Assembly: GCF_046714615.1 (NCBI RefSeq)
Contig: NZ_JBKKAP010000055.1
Coordinates: 3,342-67,341 of the forward strand
Length of the DNA stretch: 64,000 nucleotides
Source: Paeniglutamicibacter sp.
Lineage (GTDB): Bacteria; Actinomycetota; Actinomycetes; Actinomycetales; Micrococcaceae
Direction: 5' to 3'
The notes beneath the pieces are model-generated. The model searched no databases. It worked only from the letters and a program-made list of their open reading frames with translations, and was not told the origin of the DNA. Numbering within the stretch: position 1 is the stretch's first letter; each line of letters opens with the position of its first letter. Below, in pieces: positions 21,315-32,463 of the stretch. The translations under genes were made by a program, and so were the position numbers.

Positions 21315-22223
21315 GTGGTTCATACCGTGAGCGAGGAACAGGGCAGCAAGTCGCGAAGCGCGGGTTTGCTCAAGGAACCCACCCCCTTGGGACCCACGGG
21401 TCGCCCGATGACGATTTTCCCCGAGCCTTTGCCACTGGAATCCCACGGCCCGGCCCGCGTGATCGCCATGGTCAACCAAAAGGGCGGCGTCGGCAAGACG
21501 ACCTCCACCATCAACCTCGCCGCGGCCCTGGCCGAGTACGGCCGCAAGGTGCTGCTGGTCGACTTCGACCCGCAGGGCGCCCTGTCCGCCGGCTTCGGGA
21601 CCAACCCGCACGAGCTCGACGTCACCGTCTACAACGTGCTGATGGACCGCAAGACCGAGATCCGCGACGCCATCCTGACCACGGACGTCGAAAACGTGGA
21701 CCTGCTGCCGGCAAACATCGATCTTTCCGCCGCCGAGGTGCAGCTGGTCAACGAGGTCGCCCGCGAACAGGTCCTGGAGCGCGCGCTGCGCTCGGTCACC
21801 GACGACTACGACATCGTGCTCATCGACTGCCAGCCCTCGCTGGGCCTGCTCACAGTCAACGCGCTGACCGCCGCCCACGGCGTCATCATCCCGCTGACCG
21901 CCGAGTTCTTCGCCCTGCGCGCGGTGGCCCTGCTGGTCGAGACCATCGAGAAGGTCCAGGACCGGCTGAACCCCGCCCTGGCCATCGACGGCGTGCTGGC
22001 CACCATGTACGACCCGCGCACGCTGCACGGCCGCGAGGTCGTGGGCCGGCTGGTCGAGGCCTTCGGGGACACCGTCTTCGAGACCGTCATCCGCCGGACC
22101 ATCAAGTTCGCCGACGCCAACGTCGCCGCCGAACCCATCACCAGCTACGCCGCCACGCACCCCGGCGCCGAGGCCTACCGCCAGCTCGCGAGGGAATTGA
22201 TCTCCCGCGGCGGCGCCCCGTAA
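21315..22223 (+). CDS. ParA family ATPase (Rv1708-like)
   Basis: NQKGGVGKTT, VDFDPQG, IDCQPSLG; upstream of scpAB. Confidence 0.93.
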   Translation: MVHTVSEEQGSKSRSAGLLKEPTPLGPTGRPMTIFPEPLPLESHGPARVIAMVNQKGGVGKTTSTINLAAALAEYGRKVLLVDFDPQGALSAGFGTNPHELDVTVYNVLMDRKTEIRDAILTTDVENVDLLPANIDLSAAEVQLVNEVAREQVLERALRSVTDDYDIVLIDCQPSLGLLTVNALTAAHGVIIPLTAEFFALRAVALLVETIEKVQDRLNPALAIDGVLATMYDPRTLHGREVVGRLVEAFGDTVFETVIRRTIKFADANVAAEPITSYAATHPGAEAYRQLARELISRGGAP

Positions 22224-23137
22224 TGACGGCACCCGCCGCCGAAAACACCGCCACCGGCAGAATCGTCCCCGACGATTCGGCCGGTGGCTTTCGGGTTTCG
22301 CTGGAAAACTTTTCCGGCCCCTTCGACCTGCTGCTCTCGCTGATCGCCAAGCGCGAGCTGGACATCACCCAGATCGCGATGGCCGAGGTCACCGACGAAT
22401 TCATCGCCTACCTGAAGCTGCTCCGGGGACGCGAGGGAGCCAAGGCGCTCGATGAGACCACCGAGTTCCTGGTCATCGCCTCCACGCTGCTGGACCTCAA
22501 GGCCTCCCGCCTGCTTCCGGGCAGCGACGTCGAAAACGACGAGGACATGGCCCTGCTCGAGGCCCGCGACCTGCTCTTTGCCCGGCTTCTGCAGTACAAG
22601 GCGTTCAAGCACGCCGCCGGCTGGATCGCCGGGAAGCTGCACGAGGAGGCCACCAGCTTCCCGCGCCAGGCGGGCCTGGAGGCGCACTTCGCCGCTCTGC
22701 TTCCGGAGCTGGTCTTCAAGACCACCCCCCAGGTGCTGGCGCAGCTGGCCGCCGCGGCCCTGGCACCCAAGGCCCCGGAACCCACCGAGGTCGGGATCGC
22801 GCACCTGCACGGCGGCACGGTGTCGGTGCGCGAGCAGGCGGGGATCCTGGCGGCACTGCTCAAGGAGCACCGCTCACTGAGCTTCACCGCACTGGTCGCG
22901 GACGCCGCCAGCCACCTGGAGGTCGTTGCCCGCTTCCTCGCGCTGCTGGAGATGTACCGCGAACAGGTCATCGCCTTTTCCCAGGATGCGCCGCTGGATG
23001 CGCTGAACGTGCGTTGGCTTGAACCCGATGCCGACTGGGACCCCGGCGCGCTGGACGAGGAATACGAAGCCGTGGGCGCCGAACCGTTAGAGACATCCAC
23101 CACTTTGGCACAAGCCTCACAGGGGGAAAATCCATGA
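22223..23137 (+). CDS. scpA: Segregation and condensation protein A
   Basis: FSGPFDLLLSLI, FLVIASTLLDLK, RFLALLE. Confidence 0.93.
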   Translation: MTAPAAENTATGRIVPDDSAGGFRVSLENFSGPFDLLLSLIAKRELDITQIAMAEVTDEFIAYLKLLRGREGAKALDETTEFLVIASTLLDLKASRLLPGSDVENDEDMALLEARDLLFARLLQYKAFKHAAGWIAGKLHEEATSFPRQAGLEAHFAALLPELVFKTTPQVLAQLAAAALAPKAPEPTEVGIAHLHGGTVSVREQAGILAALLKEHRSLSFTALVADAASHLEVVARFLALLEMYREQVIAFSQDAPLDALNVRWLEPDADWDPGALDEEYEAVGAEPLETSTTLAQASQGENP

Positions 23138-23763
23138 ACCACTTAGCCGCACCCGACACGGGGCAGGCACCCGGAACCGCGGAAGCGGCCGTCGACGCGC
23201 TGCCCGGGGGGCTGGAGGCCGGCATCGAGGCGGTGCTGATGGTCATCGACGAGCCGATCGCCGCCGGCCACCTTGCACAGGTCCTTGAGGTCAGTGAGGA
23301 ACGCGTCACAGCGGCCCTTGAAAGTCTGCGGGCACAGTATGATGGTGGGGATACACCACGCGGTTTTGAGCTGCGTGAATTGGCCGGCGGCTGGCGCATC
23401 TTCTCCCGACGTGATTTTGCTCCCTTCGTTTCACGCTTCGTCATCGACGGTCAAACGGCAAGACTTACCCAGGCAGCGCTGGAGACATTGGCAGTGATCG
23501 CCTACCGGCAACCGGTTTCCCGCGGCAGGATCGCGGCGATTCGCGGGGTCAACGTCGATTCGGTGGTGCGCACTCTCCTGACGCGCGGGCTGATCCACGA
23601 AGCACCCGACGACGGTGAAAGTGGTGCCACGTTGTATCAGACCACCTCGTACTTTCTGGAAAGATTGGGATTGGGCAGCGTTTCCGAGCTGCCCAGGCTC
23701 TCCCCGCATCTTCCCGGAGTGGGTGACATCGACGAATACGACGTTGATTCGCCCTGGCAATAG
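23134..23763 (+). CDS. scpB: SMC-Scp complex subunit ScpB
   Basis: LTQAALETLAVIAYRQPVSR, IRGVN, YQTT..FLERLG. Confidence 0.94.
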   Translation: MNHLAAPDTGQAPGTAEAAVDALPGGLEAGIEAVLMVIDEPIAAGHLAQVLEVSEERVTAALESLRAQYDGGDTPRGFELRELAGGWRIFSRRDFAPFVSRFVIDGQTARLTQAALETLAVIAYRQPVSRGRIAAIRGVNVDSVVRTLLTRGLIHEAPDDGESGATLYQTTSYFLERLGLGSVSELPRLSPHLPGVGDIDEYDVDSPWQ

Positions 23764-23793
23764 GCGAACCAAGAAACAACATAAGGACAGATC

Positions 23794-24861
23794 ATGAACC
23801 AGGGATCCCGCCCAGGCCGCGGCAACCAGCGCCCACAAGGCTCCGGCTCCGGCAACGGCCGAGGAGCAACCGGTGCTGGCCGTTCCAACCAAAATCCACG
23901 CTCGTCAAACCCGCGTTCGGGCTCCGAATCCGGTTCCGAGTCCTCGACCGGTTCCTGGTCCAAGACCCACGGCGGACCCAAGCAGGGCAAGAAGTCTGGT
24001 GCCCCGGCCAAGAAGAAGTACGCCGGCCCCCAGGCCTTCGGCAAGGAACGCTTCGGCAAGAACCTGGGCCCGGTCAGCGCCGAGCGCACCAAGCCGACCC
24101 AGCGGGCCCAGGCAGCAGCCGCGCACTCTGACCTCGAGGGCGTGCGCCTGCAGAAGGTCATGGCCAACGCGGGTGTGGCTTCGCGCCGCGTCTGTGAGGA
24201 AATGATCGCCAACGGCCGCGTCGAGGTCAACGGCGTGCTGATCGCCGAGCCCGGCATCCGCATCGACCCCGAGCGCGACACCGTGCACGTGGACGGCATG
24301 CGCCTGCAGCTGAACGCCGACATGAGGTACTTCGTCTTCAACAAGCCGCGCAACGTCGTCTCCACCATGGAGGACCCCGAGGGCCGCAGGTGCATCTCCG
24401 ACTTCATCCGCAAGAAGGGCCAGGAGCGCCTCTTCCACGTCGGTCGCCTTGACTACCAGACCGAGGGCCTGCTGATCCTGACCAACGACGGCGAGGCCGC
24501 CAACCGGCTTGCCCACCCGTCCTACGAGGTCCCCAAGACCTACCTGGTGCAGGTCCGCGGCCCGATGGCCGCAGGGATCGGCGCTCAGATGAAGAAGGGC
24601 ATCAAGCTCGAGGACGGCTGGCAGTCGGTCGACTCCTTCAAGCTGGTCGATTCCACCCCGGGCCACGTGCTCGTGGAGGTCATCCTGCACTCGGGCCGCA
24701 ACCGCATCGTCCGCCGCCTCTTCGAAGAGGTAGGACACCCGGTGACCCGCCTGGTCCGCGTCCAGGTCGGCCCGATCCGCCTGGGCGACCAGAAGCAGGG
24801 CACCATCCGCCCGCTGGGCAACCAGGAAGTCGGGCACCTGCTGGCAATGGTGGGGATGTAG
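23794..24861 (+). CDS. rluB: rRNA pseudouridine synthase (RluB/RsuA family)
   Basis: RLQKVMA.AGVASRR S4 domain, VGRLD..TEGLL.LTNDG, GRNRIVRR. Confidence 0.9.
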   Translation: MNQGSRPGRGNQRPQGSGSGNGRGATGAGRSNQNPRSSNPRSGSESGSESSTGSWSKTHGGPKQGKKSGAPAKKKYAGPQAFGKERFGKNLGPVSAERTKPTQRAQAAAAHSDLEGVRLQKVMANAGVASRRVCEEMIANGRVEVNGVLIAEPGIRIDPERDTVHVDGMRLQLNADMRYFVFNKPRNVVSTMEDPEGRRCISDFIRKKGQERLFHVGRLDYQTEGLLILTNDGEAANRLAHPSYEVPKTYLVQVRGPMAAGIGAQMKKGIKLEDGWQSVDSFKLVDSTPGHVLVEVILHSGRNRIVRRLFEEVGHPVTRLVRVQVGPIRLGDQKQGTIRPLGNQEVGHLLAMVGM

Positions 24862-24865
24862 CCAC

Positions 24866-25969
24866 ATGCCCACCACGCACCTGGCCGGACCGATTCTGGT
24901 CATCGGCACCGGGCTGCTGGGCACCAGCGTCGGGCTGGGGTTGAGCCAGCGCGGACTGAACGTCTGGCTTGCCGACCCCTCGCCCAGCGCACAAATCGTC
25001 GCGCAGGACATCGGCGCGGGCACCATTCTCGTCCCCGGGCGACCGCTGGCGCCCGAGCTGGTCGTCGTCGGCGCCCCGCCGGATGTCACGGCACAGGTCG
25101 TGGCCCAGGCATTGCTGGACTTCCCGATGTCCACCGTGGTGGACATCGCCTCGGTCAAGGGCTCGATCCTCGATGCCGTGCGGGCAGATCCGCGCATCAC
25201 CGAGGAGCACCTGGGCCGCTACGTGGGCACGCACCCGATGTCGGGGCGCGAGCGTTCCGGCCCGGCCGCGGCCCGCGGCGAACTGTTCACCTCCATGCCG
25301 TGGGTCATCTGCGCCCATGCCGGATCGCGCGGGGACTCGGTGAAGACCGCCGAGGCGCTTGCCATCGACCTGGGTGCCACGGTTGCACGCTTGAACGCGT
25401 CCGACCATGACGCAGCCGTCGCGCTGATCTCGCATTTCCCGCAGGTCGCCTCCTCGCTGATTGCCTCCCGGCTGCTGAACGCACCGGGGCATTCGCTGGC
25501 GCTTGCGGGCAACGGGCTGCGCGACACCACGCGGATCGCCGCAAGCGACCCGAAGCTGTGGATCCAGATCCTCAGCCACAATGCCGGCGCCCTGGTGCCG
25601 ATCCTGCGTGGCATGCAAGAGGACCTGCAGCGGCTCATCGGCACGCTCGAGGACCCCTCGGCCCCCGGGGCACTGCTTGACCTCGCCCAGCTGATGGGGG
25701 AGGGCAACGCCGGGCAGGCGCGGATCCCGGGCAAGCACGGCGCCCCGCCCCAGGCCTTTGCCTTGGTCACCGTCGCGGTCAAGGACAAGCCAGGCCAGGT
25801 TGCCAGGCTGCTGGCCGATGTCGGGAACGCCGGGATCAACATGGAAGACCTGCGGATGGAACACTCCGCCGGGCACCAGATCGGGCTGGTTGACATCTCC
25901 GTCATCCCCGGACGCCGGGAAGAATTGATCACGGTGCTCAGCGCACTTGGATGGAAGGTTGTGCAGTAA
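24866..25969 (+). CDS. tyrA: Prephenate dehydrogenase with C-terminal ACT domain
   Basis: IGTGLLGTS, DIASVK, HPMSGRE, HD..VALISH.P, DTTRIA. Confidence 0.9.
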   Translation: MPTTHLAGPILVIGTGLLGTSVGLGLSQRGLNVWLADPSPSAQIVAQDIGAGTILVPGRPLAPELVVVGAPPDVTAQVVAQALLDFPMSTVVDIASVKGSILDAVRADPRITEEHLGRYVGTHPMSGRERSGPAAARGELFTSMPWVICAHAGSRGDSVKTAEALAIDLGATVARLNASDHDAAVALISHFPQVASSLIASRLLNAPGHSLALAGNGLRDTTRIAASDPKLWIQILSHNAGALVPILRGMQEDLQRLIGTLEDPSAPGALLDLAQLMGEGNAGQARIPGKHGAPPQAFALVTVAVKDKPGQVARLLADVGNAGINMEDLRMEHSAGHQIGLVDISVIPGRREELITVLSALGWKVVQ

Positions 25970-26631
25970 TGCAGAAAATCACGGTGGCCGTCGACGGCCC
26001 CTCGGGCAGCGGAAAGTCCTCGGTTTCCAAGGAAACCGCCCGCCGCCTGGGCGCCGCCTACCTCGACACCGGCGCGATGTACCGCGCCGTGACCTGGCAT
26101 GCGCTGGATGCCGGCACGGACCTCTCCGACGCCGAGGCGGTTGCCGCAGCGGTCAAGGCCGCGGACCTGTTCATCTCCACCGATCCCGACGTGGAACGCA
26201 TCACCATCCACGGCACGGACGTGACCGAGGCGATCCGCGAGCCGTTCGTCTCCGAGGCAGTCTCCGCGGTGGCCACCAACCTTGCCGCCCGGGCCGAACT
26301 GGTCGCCCGGCAGCGGGCCATCATCGCCGCACACCCGCGCATCGTGGCCGAGGGCCGGGACATCACCACCGTGGTGGCCCCCGACGCCGACGCCCGCATC
26401 CTGCTCACCGCCTCCGAGGAGGCGCGCCTGCGCCGCCGCGGCCTGCAGCTGGGCGGAACCCAGTCGGATGCCGAGCTCGAGGCCCAGGTGCTCGCCCGCG
26501 ACGCCAAGGATTCGACGGTGGTGAACTTCCACGTCGCCGCCGACGGGGTGGCAACCGTGGACTCCTCGGACCTGGATTTCGAGCAAACGGTGACAGCCGT
26601 GCTCGAGGCCATCAATGCCCAGGCCGACTAA
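25969..26631 (+). CDS. cmk: Cytidylate kinase
   Basis: AVDGPSGSGKS, LDTGAMYRA, EGRDITTVV. Confidence 0.95.
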   Translation: MQKITVAVDGPSGSGKSSVSKETARRLGAAYLDTGAMYRAVTWHALDAGTDLSDAEAVAAAVKAADLFISTDPDVERITIHGTDVTEAIREPFVSEAVSAVATNLAARAELVARQRAIIAAHPRIVAEGRDITTVVAPDADARILLTASEEARLRRRGLQLGGTQSDAELEAQVLARDAKDSTVVNFHVAADGVATVDSSDLDFEQTVTAVLEAINAQAD

Positions 26632-26773
26632 CTGAACCTCCCGATCCGCCGCCGGCGGATCACCAACCCCGCCTCGGCGCGGAGCGAAGGCTCCCCACCA
26701 AGACGGGGTACATGCTTGAATTGATACCGGCTTCCGCGTTTGGTGGAGGCACGCAACGCAAAGGAACCACACC

Positions 26774-28312
26774 ATGAGTGAGAGCCTGCTTCCGGACGAG
26801 GGCGCCGAGTACGTCCCGTTCAACAACGAGGACCACATCGCCGACCGCCTGGCCGAAATCAGCGACGAGGATGCCGACGCACGCGCCACCGCGCTGCTGG
26901 CCGGCCTCGACGACTACGAACTGGACCCGGAAGACGCCGAACTGCTGGCGCACCTGGGCGATGACTTCGACGACGACGCCGACGAGGTCATCCCGCCGGT
27001 CCTGGCCATCATCGGGCGCCCCAACGTGGGCAAGTCCACGCTGGTCAACCGCATCCTGGGCCGCCGCGAGGCGGTCGTGGAAGATGTTCCGGGTGTGACC
27101 CGCGACCGCGTCTCCTACCAGGCCGAATGGGCCGGACGCAACTTCACCGTCGTCGACACCGGCGGCTGGGAGCACGATGCCAAGGGCATCCACGCCCGCG
27201 TGGCCGAGCAGGCCGAGGTTGCCGCCGACATCGCCGACGTCATCCTCTTCGTCGTTGACTCCCGCGTTGGCGCGACCGCCACCGACGAGGCAGTCGTGAA
27301 GATGCTTCGCCGGAAGAAGAAGCCGGTGCTGCTGGTGGCCAACAAGGTTGATGACCAGAACCAGGAAGCCGACTCGGCGTTCCTCTGGGGCCTTGGCTTC
27401 GGCCAGCCCTGGCCGGTTTCGGCCCTGCACGGCCGCGGCGCCGCTGACCTGCTTGACGAAGTGGTGTCCAAGCTTCCCGCGTACTCCGCCTTCGGCGGGA
27501 TCATCCCGCGCGGCGGCCCCCGCCGCATCGCCCTGGTCGGCCGCCCGAACGTGGGCAAGTCCTCGCTGTTGAACAAGATGGCCGGCTCCGAGCGCGTGGT
27601 CGTTGACAACGTTGCCGGCACCACCCGCGACCCGGTCGACGAGCTCGTGGAGCTTGGCGACGAGGTCTGGCGCTTCGTTGACACCGCAGGCATCCGCCGC
27701 CGCCAGCACATGGCCCAGGGCTCGGACTACTACGCCTCGCTGCGCACCCAGGCCGCCCTCGAAAAGGCCGAGGTCGCCGTCGTGCTGCTGGCCGTCGATG
27801 AGGTCCTCTCCGAGCAGGATGTCCGCATCCTGCAGATGACCATCGATTCGGGCCGTGCCCTGGTGCTTGCGTTCAACAAGTGGGACCTGATGGACGATGA
27901 CCGCCGCCGCTACCTGGAGCGCGAGATCGAAACCGATCTGGCACACGTCGAGTGGGCACCGCGCGTGAACATCTCGGCCAAGACCGGATGGCACAAGGAC
28001 AGGCTCGTTCCTGCCCTGCACACGGCCCTGGAATCCTGGGACAAGCGCATCTCCACCGGCAAGCTCAACACCTTCCTGGGCGAGCTCGTGGCGGCGCACC
28101 CGCACCCCCTGCGTGGAGGCAAGCAGCCGCGTATTCTCTTCGGCACCCAGGCCTCTTCGCGTCCGCCGCGATTTGTGCTGTTCACCACAGGTTTCCTGGA
28201 TCCCGGATACCGTCGATTCATTACCCGCAGGCTTCGTGAGACCTTTGGCTTCGAGGGAACCCCCATTGAAGTGTCGATGCGAGTGCGCGAAAAGCGCCAG
28301 CGTTCGAAGTAG
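26774..28312 (+). CDS. der: Ribosome biogenesis GTPase Der (EngA)
   Basis: Two GTPase domains (GRPNVGKS x2, DTGG/DTAG, NKVD/NKWD) and a C-terminal KH-like domain. Confidence 0.97.
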   Translation: MSESLLPDEGAEYVPFNNEDHIADRLAEISDEDADARATALLAGLDDYELDPEDAELLAHLGDDFDDDADEVIPPVLAIIGRPNVGKSTLVNRILGRREAVVEDVPGVTRDRVSYQAEWAGRNFTVVDTGGWEHDAKGIHARVAEQAEVAADIADVILFVVDSRVGATATDEAVVKMLRRKKKPVLLVANKVDDQNQEADSAFLWGLGFGQPWPVSALHGRGAADLLDEVVSKLPAYSAFGGIIPRGGPRRIALVGRPNVGKSSLLNKMAGSERVVVDNVAGTTRDPVDELVELGDEVWRFVDTAGIRRRQHMAQGSDYYASLRTQAALEKAEVAVVLLAVDEVLSEQDVRILQMTIDSGRALVLAFNKWDLMDDDRRRYLEREIETDLAHVEWAPRVNISAKTGWHKDRLVPALHTALESWDKRISTGKLNTFLGELVAAHPHPLRGGKQPRILFGTQASSRPPRFVLFTTGFLDPGYRRFITRRLRETFGFEGTPIEVSMRVREKRQRSK

Positions 28313-28396
28313 CCCAAAAAATAGGGTAGGGTAATCACGGAGCTTTTCGCAGACGGCACCTTCACGAGAGTGAGGGAGAACGGCTGCGAAAGCAAC

Positions 28397-28470
28397 CGGG
28401 CTATGGCGCAGCTTGGTAGCGCGCCTGACTGGGGGTCAGGAGGCCGTGGGTTCGAATCCCGCTAGCCCGA
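28397..28470 (+). tRNA. tRNA-Pro(GGG)
   Basis: Acceptor stem CGGGCTA/TAGCCCG, D-arm, anticodon stem CCTGA/TCAGG with loop CT-GGG-GG, GGTTCGAATCC T-arm; 3' CCA not fully encoded (CCG). Confidence 0.95.
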
Positions 28471-28476
28471 CCGGTT

Positions 28477-28523
28477 AAAACCCCGGCAGATCAACGAAGT
28501 AGCGTTGAACTGCCGGGGTTTTT
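28477..28523 (+). terminator. Rho-independent terminator after the tRNA
   Basis: aaaaccccggcag...ctgccggggttttt. Confidence 0.8.
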
Positions 28524-28937
28524 CCATGTTCCGGGGACGTTCGGCATATCTGCTTGCTTCCGTGGTTCCTTGGATCCCTGTCGAAATAAGATTGCCAGTG
28601 GCTTGCCCGAGGATTTTCGACCTACCGGATTTGCGAGGGAATTGCTTGCGCCCGTGATCCGGCGCCCGTGACCTTGCGCCACGTGGCGGCTCGCCCTCAA
28701 TGCGCAGGCGTCAACGAAGCCGCGTTGCCGCCGGGCGGTCGCATGGTGCAGAAGGTCCCGCCGCAGTGACCCTGGCGCGCGGGGGAGTGGCCCGTCCAGG
28801 CCGAGTCAGGGAACCTTCGCGCCGATCATCGAACAATCTCGTGGCAGACGCAAAGGGCGCCCGGCCAAGCGGCAACCCCGCATGGCGGGGGATGGCTTGG
28901 CGAGGCGCCCTTGGATGGTGGCTGGCTCCAGCGGAGG

Positions 28938-29627
28938 TCAGCTGGAAGACTTGGTGGGATCCTCGGAGTCCTCCCGCGGCGCCCAGACAGGGGTCTGAGG
29001 GGCGGTCTGACCCGATTCGGTGGCCGGGGCGGGTCGATCGTCCCGTTTCTGTTCCGCGGCGTCCCTCATCGCGCCTTGGCTCTTCACCTCTGATTTCAGG
29101 GCCTTCATTTTCTTGCCACGCGCACGCCACAGGTGCCAGAACGCGGCAATGCCCACGAAGAGCACCAAGGCGGCAACGGCACCGCCGATGGACCACGACG
29201 GGAACCATGTGGCGCTGATGTCGATCATGGACCTGGCCTTGGCGGCGGCACTGGACGAATTTGCGTAGATGCTCAGGGTCAGCAGGTTCGGGATCGCCAG
29301 CAAGACGGCAACCACCACGATGACGGACTTCCACGGCCATGACACCTTCTTGTACCGGGCCTGCCAGACAACGAGCAGCGGAACGAAGGTGAATACAAAG
29401 CCATATACGAGGCCAAGGATGATTCCGCTGGTGAGTGATCCCTGGGTTTGGTTTCCGATATTTGTGGCCCACCAAACGGGCAGGAATAGGCGGACGACAA
29501 GGTAGACGATTGCCAGCAGTACGACCGCCGCGGCGCCCAGTCCAATGCGCAGGCCCCAGCGGGTCTTCGATTCGGGTCGGCGGGATCCGTCCGTGGGTGA
29601 CGGGTCTGTGTTTTCGATATCAGGCAT
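28938..29627 (-). CDS. Integral membrane protein (about 4 TM)
   Basis: Four hydrophobic segments, charged C-terminal tail, RBS ggaggatg. Confidence 0.75.
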   Translation of the reverse strand: MPDIENTDPSPTDGSRRPESKTRWGLRIGLGAAAVVLLAIVYLVVRLFLPVWWATNIGNQTQGSLTSGIILGLVYGFVFTFVPLLVVWQARYKKVSWPWKSVIVVVAVLLAIPNLLTLSIYANSSSAAAKARSMIDISATWFPSWSIGGAVAALVLFVGIAAFWHLWRARGKKMKALKSEVKSQGAMRDAAEQKRDDRPAPATESGQTAPQTPVWAPREDSEDPTKSSS

Positions 29628-29795
29628 GAGTGCATCCTCCCATGCCGAATGCGCAACTGCGGAGATTAACTGCTTGGTTATTCACGAAAACCAACTGGTG
29701 GCTAGTAGGCTAATCTGGTGATAGGACGATTGCCTCAATTTGGGGTTGGACAACGTCCAAAGGGAATTATGAGAAAGATTTTTGGAGGACCGGAA

Positions 29796-30260
29796 ATGGC
29801 TGAAGCTCGGGTGCCTAAGCAGCAGCACGAGTCGTCTACCGAGACAACGGGAATTGCATTGCCACCGGTGACGCGTGAACCTGTTGTCTTCTATGGACTG
29901 AGTGTTGAAGAGCGCGCTGCCGTCTCCGCCCTGCCGCAAGGTTCCGCGTTGTTGATTGCACACTCAGGACCTAACCAGGGTGCACGCTTCCTGCTCGATC
30001 AGGACGTGACCCAGGCAGGACGCCACCCGGACGCCGGCGTCTTCCTCGATGACGTCACGGTCTCGCGCAAGCACGCGCAGTTCATTCGCAATGCCGAAGG
30101 TTTCAGCGTCGTCGACAGCGGTTCCTTGAATGGAACCTACGTCAACAACGACCGGGTGGACTCGGTGCGCCTGGCCAACGGCTCGGAAGTGCAGATCGGA
30201 AAATTCCGACTGACCTTCTACAACGCGTTGCCCAACAACCCGGCCAACACCCGCGACTAA
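29796..30260 (+). CDS. garA: FHA-domain protein GarA/OdhI
   Basis: N-terminal ETT phospho-site, LPQGSALL, GRHP...FLDDVTVSRKHA, GSLNGTYVN, QIGKFRL. Confidence 0.88.
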   Translation: MAEARVPKQQHESSTETTGIALPPVTREPVVFYGLSVEERAAVSALPQGSALLIAHSGPNQGARFLLDQDVTQAGRHPDAGVFLDDVTVSRKHAQFIRNAEGFSVVDSGSLNGTYVNNDRVDSVRLANGSEVQIGKFRLTFYNALPNNPANTRD

Positions 30261-30273
30261 GCAGGACAACGTA

Positions 30274-31023
30274 GTGAATGAGGCAGCCCGAAACCCGCGA
30301 CTGGCAGTTGTTGCCGGCGATAACCAGCGTGCCGTGGCGCTCAATATCGGCGAGGTCCTTTCGGAGCTTCATGATGAATTCCCTCAGGTCACAGCGTCGA
30401 AGATCCGCTTTCTCGAGGAAAAGGGACTGCTGACCCCGCAACGAACTTCGGCAGGGTACCGCAAGTACCTCCCCGACGACGTCGGCCGGTTGCGCTTCAT
30501 CCTGGGCCTGCAACGGGACCAGTACCTGCCGCTGAAGGTCATCAAGGACTACCTGGACGCCGTTGACCGGGGTGACCGGCCCGACCAGCTGCCCGGCGGC
30601 CACACCCTGGCCCCGCGAAGCATCAGCGAACAGATGACCCAGGACCTGGTTGCCCGAACCCGCCCGGTGACCAAGGCCGAGCTGCAGGGCCTGTGCGGTG
30701 CCAGCCCCGAGCTGGTCAACGACCTGCTTGCCTTTGGCATGATCGCGCCGGACAACGATCGCTTCGACGAGCACGCCCAAAGGATTGCCGCAGCCTCCGC
30801 GGCACTTGCGGCGCACGGCATCGAGCCGCGCCACCTGCGTGCCTTCCGCGCGGCGGCCGATCGTGAAGTGGGGCTGGTTGAACGCGTCGTGGCTCCCCAC
30901 ATGAGCCGCGGAGATGTGGCGTCGCGTGCCAGGGCCGCGGAAACCGCCCGCGAAATCAGCGATGCCTGCATGGCATTGCATGGTGCACTGGTCAACGGCG
31001 CCATCGCCAAGCTGGATCACTAG
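30274..31023 (+). CDS. MerR family regulator (FtsR/Rv1828-like)
   Basis: IGEVL..L..EFP..T.SKIRFLE.KGL..P.RT..GYR.Y; garA-MerR-DUF151-MerR synteny. Confidence 0.88.
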   Translation: MNEAARNPRLAVVAGDNQRAVALNIGEVLSELHDEFPQVTASKIRFLEEKGLLTPQRTSAGYRKYLPDDVGRLRFILGLQRDQYLPLKVIKDYLDAVDRGDRPDQLPGGHTLAPRSISEQMTQDLVARTRPVTKAELQGLCGASPELVNDLLAFGMIAPDNDRFDEHAQRIAAASAALAAHGIEPRHLRAFRAAADREVGLVERVVAPHMSRGDVASRARAAETAREISDACMALHGALVNGAIAKLDH

Positions 31024-31075
31024 GCCGGACACACGGTGGCTGCGCGATGCAGCGACCCGAGTTAAGGAGCGAACC

Positions 31076-31558
31076 ATGCAAGAACTTGAAGTTGTGGGAG
31101 TTCGCATAGAACTTCCCTCCAACCAGCCGCTTGTCCTGCTCAAGGAAGCCAACACCCAACGCCACCTGCCGATTTGGATCGGCGCCCCCGAGGCATCGGC
31201 CATTGCCATGTTCCAGCAAGGCATTGTCCCGCCGCGTCCGCTGACCCACGACCTGATGATTTCGACCCTGCAGGCGTTGCACGCGCCATTGGTGCGCGTG
31301 GAGATCGTTTCTGTCCTCAACGCGGTCTTCACTGCGGAACTGGTCTTCGCCGACGACGTCCGAGTCGATGCCAGGTCCTCCGACGCCATCGCCCTGGCGC
31401 TGCGGGCGCAATGCCCGATCCTGTGCGACGAGCGGGTGCTCGACGAGGCCTCGGTGATGGTTTCGGACGACGCCGAAGTCGCCGAGGGGGAGGAGGACCA
31501 GGTGCGGGAATTCCGCGAATTCCTCAACGAGGTCGAGCCGGAAGACTTCGATAAATAG
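31076..31558 (+). CDS. Bifunctional nuclease family protein (DUF151)
   Basis: LPIWIG..EA, RPLTHDL, DARSSDAIALA. Confidence 0.9.
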   Translation: MQELEVVGVRIELPSNQPLVLLKEANTQRHLPIWIGAPEASAIAMFQQGIVPPRPLTHDLMISTLQALHAPLVRVEIVSVLNAVFTAELVFADDVRVDARSSDAIALALRAQCPILCDERVLDEASVMVSDDAEVAEGEEDQVREFREFLNEVEPEDFDK

Positions 31559-31745
31559 ACGACCGTCCGCGACACGCCTCAAGTTAAGCTTGAAGGTCTT
31601 TGACGCAGCCCCAATGTAGTCGTACCGTCGAAGCATAAGTTCCCAAGGTTTGCCACCCGCGGATTTCGGTTTCACTCGCAACGGAGTCGTTCCACGCCCG
31701 GCAGCCCTCTTTCCCTCACGGGGACGCTTGAGCAAGGAGATTCCA

Positions 31746-32327
31746 ATGAATCCCACGGACGACCAACACGCGGCCACACCGACGCACGCCGCGTCACATC
31801 GCAATACCCAAGGACTCCTCTTCACCGAGGATCTGCCGGTTCTCGATGAAGACGCCGGATACCGGGGCCCCATCGTCTGCAAGGCGGCAGGCATCACCTA
31901 CCGCCAGCTCGACTACTGGGCACGTACCGGACTGGTCGAACCTGCCGTGCGCGGCGCCAAGGGCTCGGGGTCCCAGCGTCTCTATGGTTTCCGCGACATC
32001 CTGGTGCTCAAGGTCGTCAAGCGGCTTCTTGACACCGGAGTGTCCCTGCAGCAGATCCGGACCGCTGTCGGGCACCTTCGCGAGCGCGGGGTTGAAGACC
32101 TTGCCCAGATCACGTTGATGAGCGACGGCGCGTCGGTGTACGAATGCACCTCCGCGGATGAGGTCATTGACCTGGTGCAGGGCGGCCAGGGAGTCTTCGG
32201 GATCGCCGTCGGGCGCGTGTGGCGCGAGGTTGAGGGATCTCTGTCGCAGCTTCCCAGCGAACGTGCCACGGATTACCCGGGGGACGAACTGGCCCTGCGT
32301 CGCGCCTCGAAGAGGTCTGCCAGCTAG
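31746..32327 (+). CDS. MerR family regulator (Rv1830-like)
   Basis: GYRGP..C..AGITYRQLDYWART, GSGSQRLY, LLDTGVSLQQIR. Confidence 0.9.
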   Translation: MNPTDDQHAATPTHAASHRNTQGLLFTEDLPVLDEDAGYRGPIVCKAAGITYRQLDYWARTGLVEPAVRGAKGSGSQRLYGFRDILVLKVVKRLLDTGVSLQQIRTAVGHLRERGVEDLAQITLMSDGASVYECTSADEVIDLVQGGQGVFGIAVGRVWREVEGSLSQLPSERATDYPGDELALRRASKRSAS

Positions 32328-32463
32328 GCCAGCAGCAGCACAAGAATTCTTGTGGACGGGGCCGGAGGCCGCCGCTGCGCCTGGGCGCAAGCAGGTCGCA
32401 TCCGGCCCCGTCCTTTTTCATCTCCGCCATGGCGGCTGCGTCCGCGCGGTGGAATCCGCCAAT

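Noticed and set aside
28397-28523. tRNA-Pro as an integration site for an island
   Set aside because: Followed directly by its terminator and conserved genes; no integrase nearby and no duplicated tRNA 3' end seen
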